Source of the DNA: Lama guanicoe
Lineage: Eukaryota
Assembly (NCBI GenBank): GCA_013239625.1
Contig: MU053561.1
Span: 3,488,283-3,552,282, forward strand
Reading direction: 5' to 3'
Length of the DNA: 64,000 nt
In this document: positions 41,741-54,577 of the stretch, in pieces
Position numbering within the stretch: the stretch's first letter is position 1
Layout of the letters: each line of letters begins with the position of its first letter
Program-made: the position numbers and the translations under genes
Notes under the pieces: model-generated
Databases searched by the model: none
Told to the model about the DNA's origin: nothing
What the model saw: the letters and a program-made list of their open reading frames with translations, nothing else

Positions 41741-43284
41741 CGAAGGTGCATTTGATAGTAGCTAACATTGGTCAAATTATCGCCGTGTGCCAGGCACTCT
41801 TTTAAGTGTTTCATGCATATTAACATAATTGCCTTCCCAACAATGCTGGAAGGTATTTATTTTACACGGAAGAGATTAAGTCAGATTAAGCAGGAGGTCA
41901 GGCAAATAATGAGGAAGACCTGGGTTGGAACCCATTTGTCTGGCTCCAGTAGCCAAGCAAGGAGCCACCTGTGACAAGGGACCGCCTGCCTTTTGCACTG
42001 TGTGCCTACCTGAGACCTGCCCTGTGGTCGGACCAGTCCCACCTTCCCAGACAGTCCTTTCAGTCACAGGCTTTCTTTCCTTCTTCAGCAGGAGATGGTT
42101 TCCTGTCCAGCAGATAGACGCTTACTTTAGACTCCAAATGATTCTTCCCCTATACAGTTGGTGAAACGGTATCCTTCCAGGCCTTTCAAGTCTTTAAAAG
42201 TCCTATAGTGAGAAGCTGGGACCTCAAGCTTCCTCTTTCCTAGTCTTGAAGTTCATTTTCAAATAACCTGAGACGATCTGGTGAGTCCCTCCTCCAAGTC
42301 CCTTTCCCCTGGGCTGCAGGCCCATTCAGTCCCAACAGGATCTCTCCCCAGTATTTGTGTATCTTTGTGTCCGCCAAGAGGCTTTAGACACGTGACTGTC
42401 AATCATCACACTGGCCTGTGAGGTAGTGAGTCCCTAAGCGGAGACTTAGGTCTGGATGACTAGTTTTAACTGCACTAAAGGACCCTAGACTACTAAGTTT
42501 GGAATGTTGTCTTATTTTTGTACAATATTCTATTTTTTCCTTCTTTATATATTTATCATCTCTTTTAGCTCTGTCTCTTTTATCACTTGTCAGTGAGTTG
42601 CCCCCCTTGTGGGTGACCAGATGACCCAGCTTGGTAGACCTGTGCCTAAAAAAGGAGTCATTTAGGTCCTGAGCCAGATGCTGAAGGGCTGTGTGTGTGT
42701 GAGCTCAGCGGAAACTATTTTCAAGTTTAAGTTCCAACATTTGCTGAGTCATTAAGCGCCCCACACGATGTCCTGCCCTGTGCTGGGTTTCTTACTTCAT
42801 CCTCCCGACCACCCTGCGAGCTGGGGGAAAGTGTCCCCATCATGCAGACACTGGAGTTCAAGGAGTGGAAAGGCCTTGCCAAGGGTCAAGCATTTAAAAG
42901 CTTGCAGAGTTGGGATTCAGCCCAGGTTTTTTGGCACAGCTCCCTCCAAGTCCTCCGTTCTTTTTTTGTTGGTGCTGGTTTCTATGCTCTAAATTGCCAA
43001 TTAATTAACCCCTGATGAAATGGTTCGGTTCTGTATTTAATTTCTTCCCCCCACTGTAAAAACAAGTGACCTATAATTTGAAACACTCTCTTACTTTAAA
43101 ACGTTCAGTGGCCTAGCAAAGATACAAATTAGCAAATGGAAATTTCTTGCAAGGAAAAAAAAAATCACTTTATAACCAGAAACACAATTCAATTCTTTTC
43201 AAGTAAAACCCTGTTTCCACCAGCCTGGCTATTCCATCCAGGAGGAAGAGTCCCGTCTCCTGGGAGCAGGTATGTTTATCTTTA

Positions 43285-43445
43285 AAATTAAAGAAAAAAT
43301 TTTTCTTTTCTTTTTGGTGGGGAGAGGAGAGGTAATTAGGTTTATTTATTTATTTATTTTTTAACTGACACACTGGGGATTGAACCCACGACCACGTGAA
43401 TGCTAGGCACCCACTCTCCCACTGAGCTATACCCTCCTCCCCTCG
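43285..43445 (-). mobile_element. Vic-1-type SINE
   Basis: ctggggattgaacccacgacc...cactgagctataccctcctccc plus (TTTA)n tail. Confidence 0.85.
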
Positions 43446-46304
43446 CCAGATTTGTTTATTGATTTAGCAAACGCTGACAGTGGTTCACTATGTACTAGGC
43501 ACTATCCTGGATCCTGTGTAAATATTAACTCACTTAGTCCTACAGCTGAAACTAATAATATCATCCACATCTTACACGTGAGGAGACTGAGGTTCCAAGA
43601 GTTCTGTCTATTTTTAAGCGGCACAGGCAAGACTTGAACCCTAGAAGTTTGTGCCTAGAGTCCAGGTGCATAAGCACCACACCATGGTCCCTTCTTTGCG
43701 AAGTCCTGTTTCGTGCTCTTTCGAGCAAAGTAAGACAACGGCATATGAGAAGTGAGAGAATCAGGGAGGAGCCCGGGGACCCTTCTCTGTGAACTGGTTC
43801 AAGGAGCTTTGAAAGCCAAACAGCCTCAGATGAAACTGTCCTCAGTGCCTCCATCAGCTGGGCTGTCCCAGGAGATCGTTATCATGGGCTCAGAAAGGCA
43901 GAGGGGCCCTCAGTCTTTGTTAACTGATGCTACTCTGGTCTGAAGCAAATTAGTGCGGAGGAGAAACACTACCTTTTAGAGAACGTACAGCAAAATGACT
44001 GCCCACTCCAGCTTTTCTCGCTCAAACCACCTGCCTGGCATTTTAGAAGAAGGATCCAGGTGTTTAGAACACCTTAGACTTAAGTAGAGTAGGTTGCTGA
44101 ATCAGAAAAAAAAAAATCTTTTGTAAGGAAGTGGATTGATGTGTTTAGTTCATCGTCATGAAGTGAAAAGAGAAAAAAAAAGATTTACATTTTGCTTCTG
44201 CTTTGAGCTTATAGGATAAAAAAATACTCTCAATTCTGCCTTTATCCACAGAGGGGAGCAGAGGGGTTATAAAAGCCCAGGTCTCAGCACAATGTGATCA
44301 GGTTCTAGCATTCAGACTCCGGTTCTTACGTTTGTGGAGCATCCTGACTTCTTGCTTTCCATTTCACTTTTCTCCTGGTTCCAGCCTTTAGATGAGCTAG
44401 GTCACAAGAGGAAGAATGGGACAAAACTAAAAAGATGAAACACAAAGCTTACAAGTTTCCTTTTTAAAGGCTGATGAGAAAGAGAGTTTCAAACAGGATC
44501 ATGTAGGTGGAAAGAACAGAGATCCACCAAAGTTTCCTGGGAAATTCAGAAAATCTCAGAAGCCCCAGGGCAGGGTCTCTCTCTTAGCATCTCTGCTTCC
44601 CTCCCCTGTCTTCCCTCAGACACTCCCCTTTCTTTTCCTCTCTCTCTGAGTGTTTCTGTGTCTCTGCCCGTATACTCTGTCCTCTTCTCTCCATCAACCA
44701 ACTTCATCATCCTCTGTTTTATAGAGCATAGACTTCACCGCCTCCTCCTAACATTAGCGGTAGTGTGATTTCTTAATCTGCTTGACATCAGAGCATCTCT
44801 CTCCCTCCAGCTCCGTTTGCTAAATCAGTCAGTTTCTCAGTTTCCTAGTTCCTGGGTCCCAGGAGAGCTATCTGAATGGTCCATCTTTTCAAGCCTGGCA
44901 TAAGCCGCAGGCTAGTCTATAAACTGGTAGCCTTTGGGCAAATTGTCCATGGCTTGTCAGTGCTGGCAATTAGTATAAAAAGTGTCTGCTTCAGCTCCAG
45001 GGACTGGATGGCAGTGGAACTTTCTCTTAGAGGGCGTGTGGGTGGACAAGCTTCATAAACAAGTCCAGTACAAGGTAGGTGAAGCTCAGTTAAAATGAGT
45101 GCATTGCCTGAAGACACACTTTAGAGGTCACCTCAGCATTTGTGCCACTGACCTTACTCTACATTAAAAAGTGATCAATGTCTTTATGGCCCTTCTAGAA
45201 CAGAATCCTCTGGATGGACTCCAAGATAGATGCTTTTGATATTAACTTCAACAATGGCTGAGTAGTAGTATGGCGATTCGGGAGGGTCAAATCTGTCCCT
45301 TTGATTTCTGATTGCGTAAGTAAATAAAAATAATAACCTGGTATGCTGGAGGGACCCAGTCAGGCAGACCTGGGTCATTTGGACCATGTGTGACTGACCT
45401 TCAAACCAGCTTCCTATCTGTAAAGCACAGACAACACAGTAACATCTTCCTCCCAGGAAGATGTGAGACTTGAATTCACACTAACGTGCTTCCATAGCAC
45501 TGGCTCCTATTAAGCGTTTGATAAACGGCATTTGTGGGAGGCTGTATCCCTTCTCCCAGGCCATCTTTAGGGCCTTGAATGGCCTAATTTTACTGAGGGG
45601 AAGCCATTAAAATAATGAGAGAATTGGTAAATATGGCCCACATTCTAATAACGGTATATTTACTCTCTGGCCATCTTTTGAAACTCTCTGAGCACACTGA
45701 AAAGAACAACAGAAAGAAAGAAAAAACCTCTCATTTTCAATGAACCAATGAAGCACTCAAATTATCAGTCAGACCTCTAAGCTACAAACAACAAAAATCA
45801 GTTCTTGCAGGTGTTAAGTAGGAAAAAGATGTACTGAAGAGATATTCCGAAGCTCATCGACTCACTCGGAAAGCTGGAAAATCAGGGTCAGAAAATGACC
45901 AGGAACAAACGGAGGTGAGGAAGAGAGAGCCACACCGAGCCCACACGGATGGGGCTGCCCCCGCCTGAGGGGTCTCTCTGGGTACTGTACATCCTGTGGG
46001 TTTGGACAGATGGATAATGACACCGTGATAGGTCATAAAGAGTATTTTCACTGCCCTGCAAATCCTCTGTGCCCTGCCCGGTCTCCCCTGGTTCTCTGCC
46101 TCTCTCCCTCCCGACCTCCCTCCAGGCTCTGCGGCAGACCTGTGGGTACCAGGAGGGGGACGTTATCAAGCAGCTGAGGATGAAGGAATGAGAGGCTGAA
46201 GGAGCCTGGTTCTTGGATGACACCTTTGAGCCACTGAACCCACCCCTGGACCAGCTTCCTCCAGACTCCCCGCGATTTAGGCTGTTAGGAGTAGGTCAAT
46301 TTTA

Positions 46305-46595
46305 TTTACTTATTTTTGGTTATAATTGTTCTATTTGATTAGTAGCATTTTTGAATAGTAATTTAACTTATTGAATTTTATTGTAGTCACTTTTTAATTT
46401 TATTTCTGCCATTTAATTTTATTCTTTTAACTGTAGTATAGTTGATTTATCATGTTTCAGGTGTACAGCAAAGGAATTCAGTTATATATATATTCTTTTT
46501 CCAATTCTTTTCCATTATAGGTTATTATAAGATACTGAATATAGGTCCCTGTGCTAAACAGTAGGTCCTTGCTGTTGACTTATTTTATATACAGT
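46305..46595 (-). mobile_element. L1 3' tail with long decayed T-rich tail
   Basis: agtatagttgatt...tttcaggtgtacagcaa...tccctgtgcta; flanks taggtcaatttta / taggtcactttta resemble a TSD. Confidence 0.78.
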
Positions 46596-46904
46596 TAGGT
46601 CACTTTTAAATGTATCGCTGTATTAGTTATTCAAAATCAAATGCACCATAAGTGATATATTCTCCCTAAATAGTTGGGCTCAAAAACCCTGATCTGCACC
46701 AGAAGGCCTCCCCTCCCTTTGCCTGTTCCCTTGGCATGAGAAGCCTAAAATGACCAGTGACAGCCCAGCTTTTAATTTCCTTCTGTAGACTATAAATCCT
46801 TTATGTCAGTGGGGCCCTGAGTCATGGGGAACATAAGCAGAGTTTCCCAAGGGGGAGTGAGACAACTCCCACTTCCGCTTTCTTGATACCCAGATAGGTA
46901 TATT

Positions 46905-47061
46905 TTATTTTGAAAATTTTTAATTTTTTTTGAAGTATAGTTGACTTACAATGTTGTGTTAGTTTCAGGTGTACAGCCTCAGTTATACACATATACATGT
47001 ATTCTTTTTCAGACTTTTTTCCCACTCTAGGTTATTACAAGATATTCAGTATGGTTCCCTG
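46905..47061 (-). mobile_element. L1 3' tail
   Basis: ttgaagtatagttgacttacaatgttgtgttagtttcaggtgtacagc is the reverse complement of the same L1 terminus. Confidence 0.8.
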
Positions 47062-47214
47062 AGGGATATTCCTGCTATGGCAGAAATAGCCCCACATGTC
47101 GGCCACTGGTTCAGAGAACAAACCTTACTTCCTAGAACTGTGCTGTAACCTCACCTGCTCTCATTCTAGTGAGGCTCCATTCTGAGCCTCTGATGGACCG
47201 TTCTGCTCCCCTGT

Positions 47215-47470
47215 TGCGGGCAGTGTATGGTGGTGGTTATGAGTACACGCTCTGCAGCTGGACTGCCTGGACTCAAATCTCAGTCCCCCTCACTAACCCA
47301 GTGACCAGAGGCAGTTTATTAACCATTCTTGCTTCTGTGTCCTCTTGTTAGAAGTTGGCATAATAATGGTAATTACTTCAGAAGGCTGTTATAAGGGTTA
47401 AATGAGCTGGCATATGTGAGCTTCTTAGAATGGTGCCTGGCATGTAAATTTTGGTTGTCATTACTATTCC
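47215..47470 (+). mobile_element. MIR SINE (representative; other likely MIRs near 13560, 38910, 41770, 42730, 43480, 49010, 51500, 60120, 61630)
   Basis: gactgcctggactcaaatctcag...gggttaaatgagctggcatatgtgagcttcttagaatggtgcctggcatg. Confidence 0.7.
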
Positions 47471-47559
47471 ATAAGGCCAGCTGCTTCTGGGTGATAGGGA
47501 ATAAGCCCTGTGAATCTCACTGCTTCCCTTCTTTCAGAGCACAGTGAGTTCCTTAGTCA

Positions 47560-48600
47560 GAACCAGTGGTGTGTGGGATGCCATGGCAGTGTGCTAGGCA
47601 CCATTACTCCTACGGAAAACAAGGGGGGTAGGAGAACAGTGGGCAGGGAAAACAGTTTTGAACCCAGAGCGCAGATCTACTCCAGGGAGGACAAATTCCT
47701 TCCTTCCCATTTGAAGGCAAGAGTCCAATGTTACCAGGGGTCAGCTGGGCCCCTGGGGAATATGGGATCATATTAGGACCCTGGGTTAATGAACACAGAG
47801 CAAGTGAAGTACTCAGAAATGGCCAAAGCCTGCAGTGGGACAGAAGGAAGGCCATGCCATTAAGCCTAGCAAAATGTCTGACTCTACCTCCACTGCCAGG
47901 GACGATTGTTCAGGAACCTGCTGAACAGTCCCTGGAGTACCTGGGGGAGGAGGGTGGCAACTCAGAGCAGATAATCTCCTCCACCCAATTAAAATATTTC
48001 CCTTTGGAGGGGACTTTTGGGTAAATGTTTACATAAGACACCATAGTCTCATATTTCTGGACCATTCTCCGGCACCTACAACCTACTTCTCCAAATGCTC
48101 TTGCTGTCAATCTTCCAATCTTGTGCCTGCCTAGTCCTTGATCATCCAACCAAACCACTGGCTCCTGCTTATGAAACAGAATAAATCCTGATCTCAGGCC
48201 ATCTCTACAAAAAAAGGGCATTGTGTCCCTCTCAAAGTTCCACTTTCTGGAGTGATTTTCTTTCCTGACTGTCCTTCAGGGCCACCCTGAGTAGGGCTGT
48301 GATGCTGCACCATCTATTTCCACTGGTGTCACCAAATCACGTGGAGCCATCTCTAAACAAGGCTTGCTTTTTCCCCCCACTCCCTATCCAAGACCATAGG
48401 AATGGATTGCAGATCAACCATGGAGAAGGATCTGCTCATATGACTATTACATCTTTAGGGCATGCTCAGCCTGCCCTATATATTACACCACTTCTCCTGA
48501 TGATACAGCTGTGGGGCATACCCAACACTGTTGCCAGGAGAGGGGCTGTTCTCACCCCTCTCAACCTCAATGGCAGGCCCAGTTGCTTGGCAAAAACCAT
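47560..48600 (-). mobile_element. MaLR/ERVL internal sequence fragment
   Basis: Minus strand cagccctactcagggtggccctgaaggacagt and related decayed ERVL pol-like motifs; no intact ORF. Confidence 0.6.
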
Positions 48601-48657
48601 GTAAATAAATGTGCATCCATTTAATAAAAAGAGCATAATCCCTTGAATTGTGCAGAG

Positions 48658-48952
48658 TAGGTGTTGGCAAACTTTTCCATTAAAGGGCTAGAGAGTAAAT
48701 ATATTTGGGGCTTTACGGGTCATACTCAACTTTGACATGGTAGTGTTAAAGGAGCCATCGATAATGCATTAACAAATGAGCAGTTACACTCATTCAGATG
48801 GGCACTGAAATTTGAATCTCACATAACTTTCATGTTATGAAATCTTCTTCTTCTTAACCACTTAAAAATTAAAAACCACTCTTAGCTTGAGGGCCATACA
48901 AAACAAGAAGAGGGTTGGATTTGGACTGTAGACCAAAGTTTGCACACAGCTG
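48658..48952. mobile_element. MER58B-like hAT-Charlie MITE
   Basis: gttggcaaactttt...taaagggctagagagtaaatat...cactgaaatttgaat...tcttagcttgagggccatacaaaa...agtttgc. Confidence 0.8.
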
Positions 48953-49845
48953 GTACAGAATATTCTATTTTACGGAAGGGTTTTGTATGTCCAAATTGTG
49001 CCTCATTTGTTTCTGAGATCAAGTCAGTGAAGCAGATGGGGAAGAAATTATTAGCCCCACTTTGCAGAGAAGGGGAAAGTCTCAGAAGGATTAAGCAAGG
49101 CAGTAAGGAACACAGTTAATAAGAAGTAGAGATTAGATCCAATCCTAGTCTCCAGAATTTAGCTACTCTTTAACTATACCTTCCTCCCAAGGACACACTC
49201 ACCTTTACGACAGATTTTAGCAAAAGCTGTCAGCTCTTGGCTATGTATACCCAAGGAAGGGGCTGTTCCCACAGGTGAAGCAAGAGCTCTCGTAACTGGG
49301 ACTTGCTGGTATTTTATTTGATGCTCACAAATGCTTTGCATTCACTGTGAAGAGGACTGTGAGAGCGAGAGAGAAATATGTCTGCTGATGCTCCGCAGCC
49401 CTACAAACTCAACCTCAGGAAGCAGGGCCCTAGGGATTTGAACCTCCCCTGAAAGTTCTTATTATGATAGCCCCATAGAACAGCCATCACACCCCATCTT
49501 GAGGCCACATGGCCTCTGTTTACTTTTCTATCTACTATGTGTCCCAAAGGCCCAATACAAGGAAAAAAGAAAGAGGGAAAACAGGAGAAACAGAGCTGCA
49601 AAGTGTGGGTTTGTACCTTACCTATCGTGTAGAAACCAAGATTTCTTCCTTGGTGCACTGCCTATGTGTTGGTATGGCACCACCACTTCGACTGCAGGGC
49701 CCTGGTTACGGCCCCATGGTTTGAATACCAACTTCTTGAACATGGACCTCTGAGTCATAGATAATAGTGTGATTTTTGTTCAATAGGGAGGTTATTTTAC
49801 ATTCAAAGTTAACTACTTATTGAGAAACAAAACACTAAAAAAATC

Positions 49846-49914
49846 AATATATACATATGAATATATATATTATATATACATATGTATATATAATATATAC
49901 AATATATATTATAT
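49846..49914. repeat. Degenerate (TA)n tract
   Basis: Interrupted TA dinucleotide run. Confidence 0.8.
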
Positions 49915-49975
49915 TGTCGTGTTGTACAATTATACAGTTTTTCAAGTATAACAAGATTTAAAGGCATTTAAGAGA

Positions 49976-50062
49976 GGGGAGGGTATTGCTCAAAGGTAGA
50001 TCATGTGCCTAGCATGCATGAAATCCTGGGTTCAATCCCCAGTAATTCCATTAAAAATAAAA
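49976..50062 (+). mobile_element. Vic-1-type SINE (short)
   Basis: ggggagggtattgctcaaaggtag...cctgggttcaatccccagta followed by an A tail. Confidence 0.85.
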
Positions 50063-50089
50063 CATATATAAAGTCTTGAGTATAGGTAC

Positions 50090-50478
50090 TGTCTTAATCT
50101 GCTAGGGTTTCCATAACAAAATACCACGGATTGAGTGCTTAAATGACAGACATTTATTTCTAACAGATCTGGAGGCTGAGAAGTCCCAAATCAAGGTGCC
50201 AGCCTTTTTGGTTCCTGGGAAGGACTCTTTTCCTGACTTGTAGGTGACCCCTTTCTTTCTGGGTCTTTGTATGACTTCATCTTTGTAGAGCTGGAGAGAG
50301 AGCGAGCCCAAGCTCTCCAGTGTCTTGTCTTATAAGGGCACTATTCCCATTGGACGAGGGCCCCATGCTTATAATTACATCCCAAGGGTCACACCTCTCC
50401 ATGGCATCATGTTGGGTGGGGGTGGGTAGGGCTTCAACATATGAATTTGAGGGGGACATACACATTCAGTCCATAACA
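50090..50478 (-). mobile_element. MLT1A-like MaLR solo LTR
   Basis: TG...CA ends, perfect 5-bp TSD GGTAC (50085-50089, 50479-50483); ctggaggctgagaagtcccaaatcaaggtgccagc and gcttcaacatatgaatttgaggggg motifs. Confidence 0.9.
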
Positions 50479-52592
50479 GGTACTCTTTTCAATAATATTT
50501 ATAAAGTTTCCTCTTTTCTCAAACCTAGGGGAAAATGTCATCCAACCATTCATTGATTTGCTGGCTAGTTTAATAATTTTTGAGCACCTACTATGTGCCA
50601 GACCTGTGTCTTTTCAGGGATTGAAAGCCTCAGGACTCACAGAGCTCCCTGCAACCCAGAGTAAACATCCCCTTACTGCCTCTCTCACTGGCTCTCATTA
50701 TCACCTATTCTTTTTCATGCCTAGTCATTGAATAAATTTCCCAAGGGATTTTAAATGCTTTTTTTTTCCGTCTTAGATCTCCACCTTTCTTTTAATGTGG
50801 CTCAGCAAATGGAAAACAACTGCTATGTGCACCCCATGCTTCCCAGTGTGACTTCTCAGCAACTCTGTGTTTGCAATTAGTTTTTACCTCCTCAAAGGAG
50901 AGGGCATCTCCGCCACAGATACTATACTCAGCCGTTAGGTGTTTAATAATGAATTGCTTGGACTTACAATTTTTCTCCTAACTCATACTAGCAGGTATCT
51001 AGTTCACGTATAAGATTGATTCAGATTTTTAAATGGCCATACTTTTTTCCCCCCAAAATACAAATTTTGGACACATATCTATGTAACATTAAAAACTACG
51101 TTTAAAACAGAAATATTAAGTGGTTTCCCACAGTCACTATCACCTTGAAAGGAACAGTCAGAAACTCTGTAGCTCTGGGAAGGATAATAAAAGGGTTGTT
51201 ATGGTCCTCACACACCAATTTGAAAGAAGGAGTGTGTATGTCCACACCACGGCCCTTCTCACATACACAGACCACTTGATCCTCTCCCTCTGTGCTCACA
51301 AGCCTCCGCCAGTGGTTCCCAGTCATGGTGTCATGGCAGAAACAGTTGTAGGAGGTGCCATTTATACTTGTTACCTACATGACTTTTAAGTATGCAAACC
51401 ACTTACTTTCTCCATAAATCAAGGCGGAATCAAGGTTTTCCCCTCAATACCATTGCTACAGGAAACAGGAGGCAATAAGATGTGACATGTGAGACCACTC
51501 TGATTCCACACTGCCTAAGCTCACTGCCCAGCTCCACCAACGATAAGCTGAACAACTTAGGCCAAGATGCTTAAAACCAATAAGTTTCCATTTTTCATCA
51601 ATAAAATGGAGGTTATGATAGGATTTAGGTTGTAAATTATGAGAATGAACTCAGAATATGAATAAAAAAGCAGAGTACTTGGCGTACAGTAAGTACTCAA
51701 TAAAGATTAGCTAATCACTATTTCCAAAACTAACCCTTATTTCATTAAAATACATGCTTATACCTAGAAACAAGACCAGCAGTCTAGAAGAAAGTCCTCA
51801 AACAGGCAGTGCAGTTTTAATTAGTTGAGTATGGAGACTAATTAATATGCAAATGAGGAGCTTACCGATATTAATCATCTGTTTTACTAGGCGGCTTTTA
51901 CTAAAGAGTTTCTAACGAGTTTGCAAATTAAGTTTCTTTGACATTAAAAATCAGCTAAATGCCTGTCTGAGAATAATCTCTTCTAACTCCAGGGCAGGAA
52001 GTGGGGATTTTTTTTTTTGGATGAAAAACAGCCATGTTTAAAACCAATTCCCATGTTGGCAAGCGCCGTACAAGAGTTCTGTATCAACCCTTTCCAGGCT
52101 CTGATTGAAACCATTTCGGCAAGAGAGACACCAGAAAAACTGTTGGAGTAAGAGACAAATATGAGTCATGGTGATTTAAAGATACATGACCTAGAAAGTT
52201 ACATCACAAAATTGTTTATGTAGGTGACTGGCATTGTTAAAACCCAAAAGAGGTTACAGTTTTTAAACTCCCTTTTATGGCCTTTAGCATACACTTGTGG
52301 TTCTCTTTTCTTGGAAATGTTGGAGATAGAGTTGAACCCTGATTTATCAGGGGTGACTTGAAGCATGGGGATGGATTTCAAGGTTTTCCTGTGGTCACTT
52401 TAGTTTTAGAATTTGTTTTCACTCAGTTTGTAAAAAAAAATGTATGGGCTTGGGCTCAATTGTGTAAATCATTTTCAGTGTCAGCTAACTCCATTATTGT
52501 GCCACTCAGCTATCAATACAAAACAATATAATACAAATTCATACAATACTTTAGGTTCCCTACTTTCAGGAAGAATATCAGAAAGGAAATTC

Positions 52593-53196
52593 TGTAAAGG
52601 AGACAGAAGGCTGGGTGAACATCTCTGAACCTCTGCTCCACCAACTGAAACACACAGTTGTCCTTAAAAATGTTTTCTCTCCCATTATAATGAGGCAGGA
52701 GGGAAGGGGGCAAGACACAACCATTAAAAGAATGACACAATCATTGAGAATAGGACATAAACTGGTTAGAACCAACTAGATCCAAGATGGTGAAAGAGTC
52801 AACTTTCAGTAGACCTTGAGCCTCATTATACGCTCATTACAATAAAATTAGCCTTGCAAATAAGAAGTACCCATCATGCATCAATGCCATGATGCTTCCG
52901 AACAAGATTAAATAGGGACAAAAATCCCTCCTTCCCTCAGGAAGGTGGGGCTGAGATGAAAATCAGGGAATACTACCCCAAACTCCTCCTTCCCCAATAA
53001 ATATTCTGCCCATTCCTTTTTACATCCTATGTAACCAGCTTGCCAAAGAAACTCAGCACAGTACTCACCTGAGTCCACCCACTCTCCCCTTGAGAGTGTA
53101 CTACTACTTAATAAATCCTCACTTTACTTTCCTGATCTTTATGTCTCATCTCAGAATTCTTTCTTCAGCAAGACAAGAACCTGTGTTAGAGTAACA
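52593..53196 (+). mobile_element. ERV1-class solo LTR
   Basis: TGT...ACA ends, ccaagatgg motif, gagagtgtactac, AATAAA ~53110, gaattctttc...aagaacc U5-like end. TSD not clean. Confidence 0.7.
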
Positions 53197-54390
53197 ATCA
53201 CACTATGGAAATTCAAGAAGTTCTGAAGTGATACACTTTCAATCAGCTCCCAATCTATGTTTCTTCTCAAATTTTGCACCTCTTCCACTCCCATCCCCTC
53301 TTCCTATAGCTATCAGTGGAAAGTTACCAGCCTGGACAAATTTGTCACTCGTAATCTCCATATTTATTCATTAGGTTGTTAGATAAATATTTGTGGATGG
53401 AATTGAACCAAGGCACCTTCTACTGGATCAGGTACTTGTGGGATGCAAACATATATTATTAGTAGTTTCAAGGCACTTCTAGTCTGCTAAGAATATAAAA
53501 CATGTTCCCAACAAGCCCGCTTTGAAGAAGTATATGATAAAAGTACTGAGAATTGTGTATCTTATGTGCTTATTGCAAATAGCTGAAAAATCTCATGAAG
53601 ACATCCTGCCTCAATCTTTTTCTTGATATAGTAGAGATAGTCCTAGTAAGAGTGAGATACATGGGAGAAAAGGATAGGATTGGTGATTTATTAGTTTTAA
53701 GTTTTTACAAGTTTAACGTGGCTCATACAGCAAACACTGAAGATGGTTCCCACCTTTACTATCTTAGAGAAAGAACTTCAGTCCATTGATAGATTTACTC
53801 GCTGAGTAGCGATGATGATAAGCCAATGAATGGTGTTCACTTAAAGATCTCCAGTCCAGGAACCCTCTGTACTATTCCGTCTCTGTTATAATCCTTGCTT
53901 GTGTGAAGGCTTATTCCTTTTGGTCAATGCCTGTGCTAAATGCCACGGCTGGTGGAAACCACTGTGAGGCTCGGATTCATTTAAATCCATGGCAAAAAGA
54001 AAGTCCTTAATCAAAGGCACAAGACAGATTTTGCAAAGAAGTAACGGCCAGAAAATTAATCCAAAATGCTCTTTGGTTTGGGCTTCTGTGCAAGCACGAC
54101 TTGGCGGCAGGTTTGGACTCGAGGTTCTGAGAGTTGCAGGAGTGGAAAATAGAAACGGCTCATCTGCACCTGCCCTTTCTCCAGGGATCTGGCTTATCCT
54201 CCCCCATGGCGCACAGGGCCAGTTGACATTCAGAGAAAGAAGGCTGCAGGCCATCTCCTCCTCCATGCCTAGGCCCCAGCAGCCGGAGCCCACAAGCCAC
54301 CGCATTGAAATTATATTGTTCTACAGGTAGATGGTTGGATATAGGATGTATTTCTGTGGCCTGTGTGGATTTCAATCTTTTGCTCTAGAT

Positions 54391-54577
54391 CAGCTCTGTT
54401 CAACAGAAATTTCTGTGGTGACCAAAACGTTCTATAAATCTGCATTCCCCAATACAGCAGCTGCTAACCACATGTGGCAATTGGGCACTTAGAATACAGA
54501 ACGTAATTTTTAATTTTATTTATTTTTAATTTAAATATCCATATTTGACTAGTAGCTACCTTAATGCAAAGTATAGC
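54391..54577. mobile_element. MER3-like hAT MITE
   Basis: cagctctgttcaacagaaatttctg...ccacatgtggcaattgggcactt...ttttaattttattt...actagtagctacc. Confidence 0.78.
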
